Assembly: GCA_965223265.1 (NCBI GenBank)
Contig: OZ244999.1
Coordinates: forward strand, 1,632,001-1,696,000
Length of the DNA stretch: 64,000 nt
Reading direction: 5' to 3'
Origin: Planctomycetota bacterium
GTDB taxonomy: Bacteria > Planctomycetota > UBA8108 > SXIK01
The notes beneath the pieces were generated by a model that ran no database searches, was not told the origin of the DNA, and was given only the letters and a program-made list of their open reading frames with translations. Below, in pieces: positions 38,096-47,906 of the stretch; the first letter of the stretch is position 1; every line of letters begins with the position of its first letter. The translations under genes and the position numbers were made by a program.

Positions 38096-40636
38096 CTACC
38101 GCACCGGATTCTCGTACCAAATGACGCCCAGAGCGTCCCGCTCCTCGGACGTCAGCACGTCGAGGTCGCCGTCGCGATCCAGATCGATCAGCTCGATACG
38201 GTCGTACTTGCCTCCTGGAATACCACTGATGTCGTGGCGTCGCCAAGACTCGCCGGCCGCCCCTGATTCGCCGCGCAGCCAAACTACGCCTGATCCTTCG
38301 TTCGCTGCTTCGGCGCTGCAGACGATGTCGAGCTCGCCGTCGAGGTCGATATCGCCGACGGCGATTGCCTTGGCCGATCCGGCGCTGGCTGGCCAGCTGA
38401 GCGTGCGTGCCTCCCACACCACCGGGTCGAGGGTGACGCGACGAAGGAATTCGATTTCCGTCTTACGGTTGGCCACGAGAACATCAAGGAGACCATCGCG
38501 GTCAAAATCTGCCGGCCAGAGAAACATGGCTTCCTTGCCGGTGGAGCCGATCCGATGCTCGGACCAGCGCGTTCGAGCCTGTGGACCAGGGCCGGGGTTT
38601 TCTAACCAGAGACAACCACTGCGCGGCCCCCTGCGATCAGTGACGATCACGTCCAAATCGCCGTCGAGGTCGAGATCGCGCGTCTCGAGCGACATGATCC
38701 AGCCCGCGTCGTAGAGAGGATGCCATGTCCAACCGCCGACGTCGCGCGGCGACTCGGGTGATGCGAGCCAACCCACCTGCGCGCCTTCACCTTTTGCGCC
38801 ACAGATGAGATCGACCCCATGCTGACCGTCGACGTCGAGAGGTGTGACGTACATCCACTTGGCCTTGTTCTTGGTTACCGCGAACGCTTCAGTCTTCCAT
38901 GCACCCGGGTCGAGATATCGTTCGGCGCTAGCCGGTGCCCAATGAACGAAAAGGCTCCGCGTGCGGCCCTCACAAGCGCTCACCACGTCGAACGCGCCAT
39001 CGCCGTCGAGGTCGACGCTGACGGCGTCTTCCGAAGACGTCACCTCGCCGACCGTCACCGCAGGCCACGGCTTTTTCGCCGCCCCTGGACCTGGGTTGAG
39101 ATAGAGGCGTACGACGCCGCCTTGTTCCCACGGTGTTGCGACGTCGAGAAGGCCATCTCCGTTGACATCAGCCAGCCGGGTTCCGTCGGCGCCGCGCGAC
39201 GTGTCATCGATGGTGTGTCGGTGCCAAGGCGCGTTGGGGTCGATCCTCTCGGCTCGCGCCGAGACCCGCTTCACGGCGGGACCGACTTCCTTCTCCCACG
39301 CGGTCAACGCCGCGTCGAGTTGGGAAACGACGTCCGGATGCTTAGCCGCGACGTCGGAACGTTCACCAATGTCTCGACTCAAGTTGTAGAGGGCGGCTTG
39401 GCCGCGGTCGCGGATCAGCTTCCACGGTCCATGTCGCGCTGCTTGGCGCCGTCGTTTGCGCCAAAAGAGAGTTCGTGGTGGCAGCCGTTGGCTCTGGAAA
39501 AGGAGCGAGGTCAGCTCGGTGCCGTCCAGTGTTGCCGGATTATTTGGGGCAGGTGCGCTGAGTCCAGCAAGCCGCAGATAAGTCGGCATGAGATCCATCG
39601 TCATAACCGTCTCATGTGTGACACCGGGGGCTATTCGCCCCGGCCACCGCGCGATCGCGGGCACTCGATGTCCGCCCTCAAAGATGTCCGATTTCTGCCC
39701 TCGCAGAGGCCCATTGCTTGAGATCTGGCCGCGGTGTTTGCCGTTGTAGCTCAGGTAGCCGCCGTTGTCGGAAGTAAAGAAAACGAAGGTGTTCTCTTCG
39801 AGCCCGAGGTCACGGACGCTCTCCATGAGACGACCGACGCTCTGGTCCAACGACTCAATCATCTCCTTCACTGCGATCGTCGGATCGGAGTGGTGGCCAA
39901 GCTTGGTTAAGCCAGGAGTCTTGGCGCCAAGCCCCGGCCTTCGGTGCGTTTTTGGGTCGGTGTCGTTCGGCGATTGCCAGGGGAAGTGAATCGCGGAGTG
40001 CGGCAGGTAGAGAAAGAATGGCCGTTTGCGGTGGCGACGCATGAAGTCGATGGCGTAGTCGGTCAGGAGGTCGGTGTTGTAGCCCTCTTCGCTCAACGGC
40101 TTGTCTTGGTGCCACCAATCTGGGTTTCCGGAGCGGCTAACGCGAGAGAAGAAGTCGGAGTCGCCGGTGGTGTGTCCCTTATACTCATCGAATCCATGAC
40201 GCAGGGGGCCATTGTCGATCGTGCCGAGATGCCACTTGCCATAGATGGCTGAAACATAACCGGCTTCCTTCAAGCGCTCCGCGATCGTGACGGTCTCTTG
40301 AGGCAAACCGGGCGAATGCTCGCCGAGAGGTGATTCGATGCGAACGCGCTGCTGGTAGCGTCCGGTCAGAAGCGCAGCGCGGGTCGGCGAGCACATCGAG
40401 CCGTTCGAATGGAAGTCCGTGAAGCGCAGCCCTTCGCTTGCTAGTCGATCCAGGTTCGGTGTGAGGTTCTTGGTGTTGCCGAAGCAACCGATGTCGCCGT
40501 AGCCCAGGTCGTCGGCGACGATCAAGATGAAGTTGGGAGGCCGCTTCTCGTCCTCCGCGGCAGCCGGCAGCGCCGATAGCACGAACACTGCGAGGAAAAC
40601 GGCGGCACTTAGTCGTTGGAACTTCACTCGCTGCAT
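38096..40636 (-). CDS. Sulfatase fused to a C-terminal FG-GAP/VCBS beta-propeller
   Basis: Signal peptide from ATG 40636 (GAGAG RBS), PNFILIVADDLGYGD, CSPTR, GKWHLG; then DxxGDGxxD repeats ending WYENP. Confidence 0.88.
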   Translation of the reverse strand: MQRVKFQRLSAAVFLAVFVLSALPAAAEDEKRPPNFILIVADDLGYGDIGCFGNTKNLTPNLDRLASEGLRFTDFHSNGSMCSPTRAALLTGRYQQRVRIESPLGEHSPGLPQETVTIAERLKEAGYVSAIYGKWHLGTIDNGPLRHGFDEYKGHTTGDSDFFSRVSRSGNPDWWHQDKPLSEEGYNTDLLTDYAIDFMRRHRKRPFFLYLPHSAIHFPWQSPNDTDPKTHRRPGLGAKTPGLTKLGHHSDPTIAVKEMIESLDQSVGRLMESVRDLGLEENTFVFFTSDNGGYLSYNGKHRGQISSNGPLRGQKSDIFEGGHRVPAIARWPGRIAPGVTHETVMTMDLMPTYLRLAGLSAPAPNNPATLDGTELTSLLFQSQRLPPRTLFWRKRRRQAARHGPWKLIRDRGQAALYNLSRDIGERSDVAAKHPDVVSQLDAALTAWEKEVGPAVKRVSARAERIDPNAPWHRHTIDDTSRGADGTRLADVNGDGLLDVATPWEQGGVVRLYLNPGPGAAKKPWPAVTVGEVTSSEDAVSVDLDGDGAFDVVSACEGRTRSLFVHWAPASAERYLDPGAWKTEAFAVTKNKAKWMYVTPLDVDGQHGVDLICGAKGEGAQVGWLASPESPRDVGGWTWHPLYDAGWIMSLETRDLDLDGDLDVIVTDRRGPRSGCLWLENPGPGPQARTRWSEHRIGSTGKEAMFLWPADFDRDGLLDVLVANRKTEIEFLRRVTLDPVVWEARTLSWPASAGSAKAIAVGDIDLDGELDIVCSAEAANEGSGVVWLRGESGAAGESWRRHDISGIPGGKYDRIELIDLDRDGDLDVLTSEERDALGVIWYENPVR

Positions 40637-40782
40637 ACTCTCTCTCGTCAAGGTCTCCTGCATTTCGAACGTTCGGCACCTGCTATTGACGCCGTCGCGA
40701 CTTGCGATCGCAATCATTATCTCAGAAGAGCGAGAACTATCACCCCGCTGTTGCAAAAGAGAAGCGCTTCTATACCATGCGC

Positions 40783-40806
40783 GATTGCTATTGCTATTGC
40801 GATTGC
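40783..40806. repeat. (NATTGC)4 hexamer run flanking the REP array
   Basis: gattgc tattgc tattgc gattgc. Confidence 0.6.
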
Positions 40807-41942
40807 GTGAGCGTGAGCTGAAAGTAGCAGGCACACTCCCGTGTGCCGTCCGGTCTTGTGTGAGCGTGAGCGTGAGCTGAAAGTAGCAGGCACACTCCCG
40901 TGTGCCGTCCGGTCTTGTGTGAGCGTGAGCGTGTGCTGAAAGTAGCAGGCACACTCCCGTGTGCCGTCCGGTCTTGTGTGAGCGTGAGCGTGAGCTGAAA
41001 GTAGCAGGCACACTCCCGTGTGCCGTCCGGTCTTGTGTGAGCGTGAGCGTGAGCTGAAAGTAGCAGGCACACTCCCGTGTGCCGTCCGGTCTTGCGTGAG
41101 CGTGAGCGTGAGCTGAAAGTAGCAGGCACACTCCCGTGTGCCGTCCGGTCTTGCGTGAGCGTGAGCGTGAGCTGAAAGTAGCAGGCACACTCCCGTGTGC
41201 CGTCCGGTCTTGCGTGAGCGTGTGCGTGTGCTGAAAGTAGCAGGCACACTCCCGTGTGCCGTCCGGTCTTGCGTGAGCGTGTGCGTGTGCTGAAAGTAGC
41301 AGGCACACTCCCGTGTGCCGTCCGGTCTTGCGTGAGCGTGAGCGTGAGCTGAAAGTAGCAGGCACACTCCCGTGTGCCGTCCGGTCTTGTGTGTGCGTGT
41401 GCGTGTGCCGAAAGTAGCAGGCACACTCCCGTGTGCCGTCCGGTCTTGTGTGTGCGTGTGCGTGTGCCGAAAGTAGCAGGCACACTCCCGTGTGCCGTCC
41501 GGTCTTGTGTGTGCGTGTGCGTGTGCCGAAAGTAGCAGGCACACTCCCGTGTGCCGTCCGGTCTTGTGTGTGCGTGTGCGTGTGCCGAAAGTAGCAGGCA
41601 CACTCCCGTGTGCCGTCCGGTCTTGCGTGTGCGTGTGCGTGTGCCGAAAGTAGCAGGCACACTCCCGTGTGCCGTCCGGTCTTGTGTGAGCGTGAGCGTG
41701 TGCGTGTGCTGAAAGTAGCAGGCACACTCCCGTGTGCCGTCCGGTCTTGTGTGAGCGTGAGCGTGTGCTGAAAGTAGCAGGCACACTCCCGTGTGCCGTC
41801 CGGTCTTGTGTGAGCGTGAGCGTGTGCTGAAAGTAGCAGGCACACTCCCGTGTGCCGTCCGGTCTTGTGTGAGCGTGAGCGTGTGCTGAAAGTAGCAGGC
41901 ACACTCCCGTGTGCCGTCCGGTCTTGTGTGAGCGTGAGCGTG
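40805..41942 (+). repeat. Tandem array of 19 GTAG-type REP units, 59-bp period (one unit of 65 bp)
   Basis: Invariant core GAAAGTAGCAGGCACACTCCCGTGTGCCGTCCGGTCTTG (hairpin GGCACAC-TCCC-GTGTGCC); GTAG from 40824 to 41892; linkers made of GTGWGC hexamers. Confidence 0.95.
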
Positions 41943-41961
41943 GGAGTACGCGAATTTTACT

Positions 41962-42020
41962 TCCGCCTCTCTATCTGTATCTTCCTCTCCCTCTCCCTCT
42001 GTATCTGTATCTGTATCTGT
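41962..42020. repeat. Pyrimidine-rich hexamer run (TCTGTA / TCYCYC)n
   Basis: Read directly, just downstream of the REP array. Confidence 0.65.
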
Positions 42021-42174
42021 AGCCTGGGTCACGTACGGCGGCGGTTCGGCCGATGGCATAAGTTGGTCGAAGCCCGCTGCGAAGTCTCGCGTCCGTCTTT
42101 TTTCGCGAATCGTGCTTTGATGAGCGTACCACTCAGGCGAGGCTTGTTTTCCGGTCTTTTGCGTGGGAGGTATC

Positions 42175-44241
42175 ATGTGCGCATCTATGACGCGTTTTTT
42201 GTCTCTAGTGGCAGCATCGACTGTCGTTGGCGGATTTGGTTTCGGGGTCAACGCGGAAGAGTGGTTCGATGGTTGGAGGCTAGAGCAGCGCGTCTCTCGC
42301 TCCCATCTCGTGCTTGTGGCACAGGTGACCAATGTCAGCGAGCTCACGGTCGTTGAGGGCGCGAAGACCAACACAGGCCTAAGAGAGTACCGCTTCCAAC
42401 CAGTCGAGCGAATCAAGGGCGTGTTCAGCCGCGACGAGTTGGCGATGAGCAGCCACGATTTGGGTCTTGGTGTCGAGGATGCCGGTACGCCGCCGCCGCT
42501 CAGCCAAGGGCAGTACCGACTTCTCTTTCTCGTCCGTTCGGGCTTTCGTGGAGGATGCTCGACTGCGGGCGCCCGCGACGCTCCGTTCTTGCAGCAGGTT
42601 CCACTGCTGACGGGGCCGGAAGACCCTCTCGTCTCGATGGCGCGAACTGTCGTTGACATCGCCGAGAGTCGTTCTCGACGCGAGCTCGTGCTGCAAATTG
42701 CTGAACGCCTAGGGGAACTTGACGGCGCGGCGACCATTCCTCTTCTCAAGAGCCTCGAACGTCGGTTGGTTTGGGCGGCGCAAACTCCTGAACTCTCAGC
42801 ACCACTCGCACGGCTCGCGCGTCACGACTCGAGCGCCGTTCGCTCTGCTGCCCTGCAAACGATCGAGAAGGTGCTCGCAGCACGCTATCTCGACGTGGAC
42901 GATGGCGCGACGCTGCGGCAGTTTGCTGCAGCTTTGGAGGATGCTTTTGCAGCCAGCGTTGTAGAGACGAATGCACGCGTGGCGCTCGTTCGCGCCATCG
43001 GGCACCTGGGCGATTCTGCGCCGACGCTGCCGTGGACCTCAGACCGGCTCGTCTCTAGCCTGCGTCATGGAAGGACGTACGCCGAACGCGCAGCCGCAGC
43101 GTCTGCGCTGGCGCAGGGCGGCTTCGAAGGCGAAGCGCGTGCCGTGCTCGAGGTACTCGAAACCCTGCCGCTCGACGTCAAAGACGAGCCGGAGAGGGAG
43201 ATTGTCGGTGCCGCAATCATGCTTGACCGAGAGCCGGCGCTCGCTCTCGTGCGGGGGCGCCTCAGTGAGTCAACCGCTTCGGGGCATTCGCCTCTCGTCG
43301 AGATCCGGGCGCTTGGCGACGCCGTCGACATCGGTGCCGTTCCAGTTCTTCTCGATGCGATGCCTACGATCTCGCGTTTGTACAACGGTGTCAACATCGC
43401 TGGGCATGCGCTGCGGCAGGTGGCTGACGAGCGCTGCCTACCGCTGGCGTCAGAATGGCTCCGGCACAGCCAGACCGACCATCGTCTTGTCGCCATCGGA
43501 ATCCTCGAGAAGCTTGGCTCTCGCGCGGCGGCGCAAGTTGCGCGGCCGCGGTTGAAGATGGAGCGTCACCTCGAGATCAAACTACGCATCGCAGCGCTCC
43601 TTGGGCGTCATGGGATTCGCGACGGGTATTCGATCGCCATCGAGCACCTCGCCGACGGCGCTCATTCGAAGCTGGCGGTCGAGGCGCTCGCTGCCATCGG
43701 CGACCCGCGGACTACAGAGGTTCTTGAAGAACTTTTAAGCGCGAGCGAAGATCCGACCTGGGCTGCCTCGGCTCTCGAGACGTTCGTTGCCCTTGGGAAC
43801 AAGGACGCCCGCGCCAGAATCGTCGAGATTCTCGGCGACGTTCACGATCCGCTTTTTGAGTCAGCTGTGGAGATCTCTCTACGCTTGCCTTCGACTCCCG
43901 AAACCATCCGCGCGCTGGGGGCGTTGACCTCTTCGCGCAGCCACGAGGTCTCAACTCGGGCGCTACGGTCGCTGGAGCAGCTGTTCTCGCAGCTGACGAC
44001 GTCGGATTTGCCGGAGCGGCTGCACGAATCGGTCGCAATGAGCGCCGCAGCGACGCTTGGCGATCCGCACGCAGATGTGGCGCAACGCCTTGCGGCGCTC
44101 GATTGCCTGCGCGCCATGAAAGAGGCTCGTCTCGACGACGTCCTCCATAAGCTCGTCGATCAAACTGGGCTTGAATCGACTAGTCTTTTGACGCCGATTG
44201 AATCCGAGCTGAGGCGGCGGCGTGTCGCTCTTCGTCGCTGA
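42175..44241 (+). CDS. Secreted HEAT-repeat protein
   Basis: GGGAGG RBS before ATG 42175; signal peptide; repeated VR.AA..AL helical units. Confidence 0.8.
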   Translation: MCASMTRFLSLVAASTVVGGFGFGVNAEEWFDGWRLEQRVSRSHLVLVAQVTNVSELTVVEGAKTNTGLREYRFQPVERIKGVFSRDELAMSSHDLGLGVEDAGTPPPLSQGQYRLLFLVRSGFRGGCSTAGARDAPFLQQVPLLTGPEDPLVSMARTVVDIAESRSRRELVLQIAERLGELDGAATIPLLKSLERRLVWAAQTPELSAPLARLARHDSSAVRSAALQTIEKVLAARYLDVDDGATLRQFAAALEDAFAASVVETNARVALVRAIGHLGDSAPTLPWTSDRLVSSLRHGRTYAERAAAASALAQGGFEGEARAVLEVLETLPLDVKDEPEREIVGAAIMLDREPALALVRGRLSESTASGHSPLVEIRALGDAVDIGAVPVLLDAMPTISRLYNGVNIAGHALRQVADERCLPLASEWLRHSQTDHRLVAIGILEKLGSRAAAQVARPRLKMERHLEIKLRIAALLGRHGIRDGYSIAIEHLADGAHSKLAVEALAAIGDPRTTEVLEELLSASEDPTWAASALETFVALGNKDARARIVEILGDVHDPLFESAVEISLRLPSTPETIRALGALTSSRSHEVSTRALRSLEQLFSQLTTSDLPERLHESVAMSAAATLGDPHADVAQRLAALDCLRAMKEARLDDVLHKLVDQTGLESTSLLTPIESELRRRRVALRR

Positions 44242-44305
44242 ACGCCGTCGAGTCGCCGGCCACAACCCGATCGCGAGATGGACGTCACGCTTGCCAGGAA
44301 AGCGC

Positions 44306-45442
44306 TCAGTCGACGATCTGAAACTCAACGCACGTCGGCGAAGGGCAATTCACCACCTGACCGCTGAAGACGAGCTCCCCCGTGGACGTGTCGATGCGAA
44401 ACACGGACACCGTGTTTGATCGAGCACCTGCAGCAAGCAGCCAGCGTCCGGTAGGGTCGAGGTTGAAGTTTCGCGGCCAGCTGCCGCGGATCGGCTCACG
44501 CTCAATGAACTTTAGGCGTCCAGTCGACGTGTTGATCGCGAACGCAGCGATGGAGTCATGGCCGCGGTTCCCGGTGTAGAGAAACCGTCCGGATGGGTGG
44601 ATGCGGATTTCGGAGCCGCTGCTCGGTACCTCGCGCATCTCTTCGGGCAGTGTTGAGATTGTTTGCACAGGGGTCAGAGTTCCCGCCTCAGCGTCGTATC
44701 GAAACACCGTGACAGACAGGTGAAGCTCGTTCAGGACATAGGCGAACTTTCGATTGGCGTGGAATTTCATGTGACGCGGACCGCTCCCCGGAGGACAAAC
44801 ACCGCTGCCGTGCGGCGCGATCCGCGCAGTGTCAGGATAGATGCGGTAGATCTCGACGCGGTCCGTGCCGAGATCCGGCGAGAAGAGGAAACGGTTGTCG
44901 TGATCAGTCCCGACCCAGTGTGGGTGGGGGCTCTCTTGGCGTTCTTTGTTGGGTCCAGATCCTTGATGTTCGATCAGCGCGGAGCGTGGGAGCAGTTTGC
45001 CATCGGAGGCAATCGGGAACGCAGCGACCGAGCCGCCGCTGTACTGGGCTGTGAATAAGCACTGGCCGGAGTGATCGACGGCGAGGTGCGACGCTCCGCC
45101 GTCGCCGATGGGCTCCTTGTTGACAAGGGTCAAAGTCGATGCGTCTTTGGAAACCGCGAACGCTGCGACCCCTCCCTGACCGTCGTCGAGCCGCGATAGC
45201 GAATAGAGGTGCGTTCCCTTTGGGTGCAAAGCGACGAAGCCTGCGGAGCCTTCCGCCGCGAGCTGCGGGGAGCTGAGCTTGCCCGACTCGAGGTCGAGAG
45301 TCGCATGGTAGATGCCCTGACCGCTGATCCAGACTGATGCGGTTTTCGGACTGGCGTCTGCGGCCGAGCTGGGCGTGGAAAAGAGGCTCAACGAGCCAGC
45401 GAACGAAACGAAAAGAATCGAAAGCCAGGCGGTGCGCGTCAT
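44306..45442 (-). CDS. pgl: Lactonase family 7-bladed propeller (6-phosphogluconolactonase-like), secreted
   Basis: RQESPHPH, PDLGTD, GSGPRH, YVLNEL, GRFLYTGNRGHDSIA, PRNF motifs. Confidence 0.85.
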   Translation of the reverse strand: MTRTAWLSILFVSFAGSLSLFSTPSSAADASPKTASVWISGQGIYHATLDLESGKLSSPQLAAEGSAGFVALHPKGTHLYSLSRLDDGQGGVAAFAVSKDASTLTLVNKEPIGDGGASHLAVDHSGQCLFTAQYSGGSVAAFPIASDGKLLPRSALIEHQGSGPNKERQESPHPHWVGTDHDNRFLFSPDLGTDRVEIYRIYPDTARIAPHGSGVCPPGSGPRHMKFHANRKFAYVLNELHLSVTVFRYDAEAGTLTPVQTISTLPEEMREVPSSGSEIRIHPSGRFLYTGNRGHDSIAAFAINTSTGRLKFIEREPIRGSWPRNFNLDPTGRWLLAAGARSNTVSVFRIDTSTGELVFSGQVVNCPSPTCVEFQIVD

Positions 45443-45589
45443 GTCGGTCTCCGTCTTGTTGTCGAGTTGCCATCTGTGCGAAAGCCGAGAAATACATTAC
45501 TTTGGACGGTGCGCTCCATCCAGCGCCAGTTGACGCCGCTTGGCTGGTAAGCGTCTCAACGAGATCGCCTTCGCACCGGTCGAGGAACT

Positions 45590-46366
45590 ATGGCTGACGA
45601 CTCTTCGCGGACATTCACCGTTCTTCTCGTCAACTACAAGACACCGCGCCTCACGCCGATCTGTCTCGATCTTCTCAAGAGCCATCTTGACCTGACGGTG
45701 GCCAAAGTTTGCGTCGTCGACAACGATTCGAGGGACGAGAGCACGGAGTACCTTCGATCACTCGATTGGATCGAGCTGTTGGAGCGGCGCGTGAGCGAAG
45801 CTGAAGAAGGGCATCTCGCACACGCTCGTGCGCTCGACTTCGCTTTTCGGACCGTCACAACGCGACACGTTCTCTGCATGCACACTGATACCTTCGTGCA
45901 CGATACGATGGCTATCGATCTCATGTTTCAGCATGCCAACTCACCGGACGTTGCCGCTGTCGGCTCGGTAGACCAAGTATGTCGGTCGCTCCTCAGACAA
46001 TGGTGGCGAACCGGAAAGAGCGTCGTGACGTACGGGGCGCGTGGCGTAGCGCGACGATTGCGCCTCTCCGACAGGCGTGCCAAGCCGCTTTTCGATCGCT
46101 ATCTGAAGAGTTACTTCTGTCTCTGGAACGCCGAACTCATTCGTCGGCATGGGCTCGCATTCTGTATGGGCGATCACAACCCTGGCTACGCGATGCAGGA
46201 TGCACTCGAGCGCTTCGGATATCGGTGTGTCCGCTTGCCCGCCTGCCGTCTCTTCAAATCGATCGATCATGTCCAGGCTGGAACGCTGGTCGAGACCGGG
46301 CGTCTGGCAGGAAGCCACCGGCGCAGTAGGGAATACGCTCGGCTGCTCTCGCGGCTGGACTCTTGA
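45590..46366 (+). CDS. Glycosyltransferase family 2
   Basis: VLLVNYKT, VVDNDSRDES, HARALD, MHTDT; GAGG RBS. Confidence 0.85.
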   Translation: MADDSSRTFTVLLVNYKTPRLTPICLDLLKSHLDLTVAKVCVVDNDSRDESTEYLRSLDWIELLERRVSEAEEGHLAHARALDFAFRTVTTRHVLCMHTDTFVHDTMAIDLMFQHANSPDVAAVGSVDQVCRSLLRQWWRTGKSVVTYGARGVARRLRLSDRRAKPLFDRYLKSYFCLWNAELIRRHGLAFCMGDHNPGYAMQDALERFGYRCVRLPACRLFKSIDHVQAGTLVETGRLAGSHRRSREYARLLSRLDS

Positions 46367-46403
46367 AGCGATCGACACCGAGTTCGGTCCAACCGCGGAG
46401 AGA

Positions 46404-47900
46404 TTATGCCATGATATCGACGATCGGATGGCCGTAGTCGACCTCGAGGCGTTTGCGACCGGGCACCTCGAGCTGCCGCGCATCCAAACCGAGGAGCGCG
46501 AACACCGTCGCATGAATGTCGGTGACGTAGTGGCGGTCCTCGATGGCGTGGAAGCCCAATTCGTCCGTCGCACCGTGCACGACGCCAGGTTTGATGCCGC
46601 CACCGGCCATCCAGACCGAAAAACCGTAGTTGTGGTGGTCACGACCATCCGCGCCCTGGCCACCCGGCGTGCGGCCGAACTCCGTCGTCCACAGGAGGAT
46701 CGTATCGTCCAAGAGTCCGCGCTGCTTGAGATCCTGTAGCAGTCCCGCGATCGGTCGGTCGACTTCAGCGCACGCCTTGGTGTGCGTCGTCTTCAGCTTG
46801 GCGTGCCCATCCCAGTCGCCTGACGGGCCGACGCCATGAAAGACCTGAATGAATCGTACGCCTTTTTCGATCAGCCTCCTCGTTGCAAGCAGCTGCTGGC
46901 CGAAAGGTCGAGTCACATCGTGGTCGAGGCCGTAGAGTTCGTGAGTCGCTTGGCTCTCACCGGCAAAGCTCATGAGATTGGGCATGACGGCCTGCATGCG
47001 GAACGCGAGCTCGTACGACTTGATCCGTGCGCGCAGCGCTTGGTCGGTCGGATACTGAAGCGCGGCACGTCGATTCAGGCGACCCAAAAGCGCCGCGCCG
47101 ATTGTCTGCTCTTCTCGGCTGACGTCGAGTTCCGGCTGCGCGTAGGGTAGTGGGTCGCTCGGATCGATCTTCAGATGCACGCCGGCATGCTCGGGGCCCA
47201 GATAGTCTGCGCCCAGACCCTCGAAACACTGCTTGTGTAGCTTCGGTCCGATTGAAATGAATTGAGGCAAGTCGTCGTTGAGAGAGCCCAAACCGTAGTG
47301 GATCCACGCGCCGATCGTCGGAAAACAGCCATCCAACAGATGGCGGCCTGAAAGCATCTGGATCTGTGCGCCATGGTTGTTGTCAGTCGTCCACATCGAG
47401 CGAATCACTGCGATGTCATCGACATGGCGGCGAACGTGGGGCCACCAATCACTCACCCCGACGCCGTTTTCCCCGCACCTTTGGTAGCCGACCTGAAGTG
47501 GGAAAATCTTTGCCTGGTCGTTCTTGATCACGTTCCCGGCGATTTGCTCGCGAACGTTCTTGACGAAGGGTGAGTTGAGGATCTGAGCCTCGTACGGCGT
47601 CTGGCGAAACGTCTTGCCCGCGTACTTGTTGAGGGCTGGCTTGGGGTCAAAGCTCTCGATGTGACTGACGCCGCCTCGCATCATTAGCCAGATCACCCGC
47701 TTCGCTTTCGGTGCGAAGTGAGGCACTCCGCCTGGAGGAGAAGACGCGGCAGGCGAGGAGGTCGACGTCGCAAAGCCGTCGCGCTCAAGGAGTGCCGCCA
47801 GAGCAATTCCGCTCAGGCCGCTCAGTCCGCCGAGAAATGTGCGGCGACTGACAGCGTCAGTTGACTGGGCGTCGCCGGGCGCACTGCGAATCGTATGCAT
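46404..47900 (-). CDS. DUF1501 family protein
   Basis: SRRTFL leader, GGVSHIESFDPKP, TEFGRTP, GRDHH, DIHAT. Confidence 0.92.
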   Translation of the reverse strand: MHTIRSAPGDAQSTDAVSRRTFLGGLSGLSGIALAALLERDGFATSTSSPAASSPPGGVPHFAPKAKRVIWLMMRGGVSHIESFDPKPALNKYAGKTFRQTPYEAQILNSPFVKNVREQIAGNVIKNDQAKIFPLQVGYQRCGENGVGVSDWWPHVRRHVDDIAVIRSMWTTDNNHGAQIQMLSGRHLLDGCFPTIGAWIHYGLGSLNDDLPQFISIGPKLHKQCFEGLGADYLGPEHAGVHLKIDPSDPLPYAQPELDVSREEQTIGAALLGRLNRRAALQYPTDQALRARIKSYELAFRMQAVMPNLMSFAGESQATHELYGLDHDVTRPFGQQLLATRRLIEKGVRFIQVFHGVGPSGDWDGHAKLKTTHTKACAEVDRPIAGLLQDLKQRGLLDDTILLWTTEFGRTPGGQGADGRDHHNYGFSVWMAGGGIKPGVVHGATDELGFHAIEDRHYVTDIHATVFALLGLDARQLEVPGRKRLEVDYGHPIVDIMA

Positions 47901-47906
47901 AGGGGC

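Noticed and set aside
40805-41942. CRISPR array
   Set aside because: The spacers are ~20-bp near-identical hexamer runs rather than unique sequences; no cas genes; the GTAG+hairpin core also occurs dispersed, as REPs do
40637-42749. Long repetitive minus-strand ORFs (40717..41904, 40794..42749 and the N-terminal extension of 38096..41902)
   Set aside because: The minus strand of the 59-bp unit lacks stops in all frames, so all three frames give the same cycling peptide; the sulfatase has its own RBS and signal peptide at 40636
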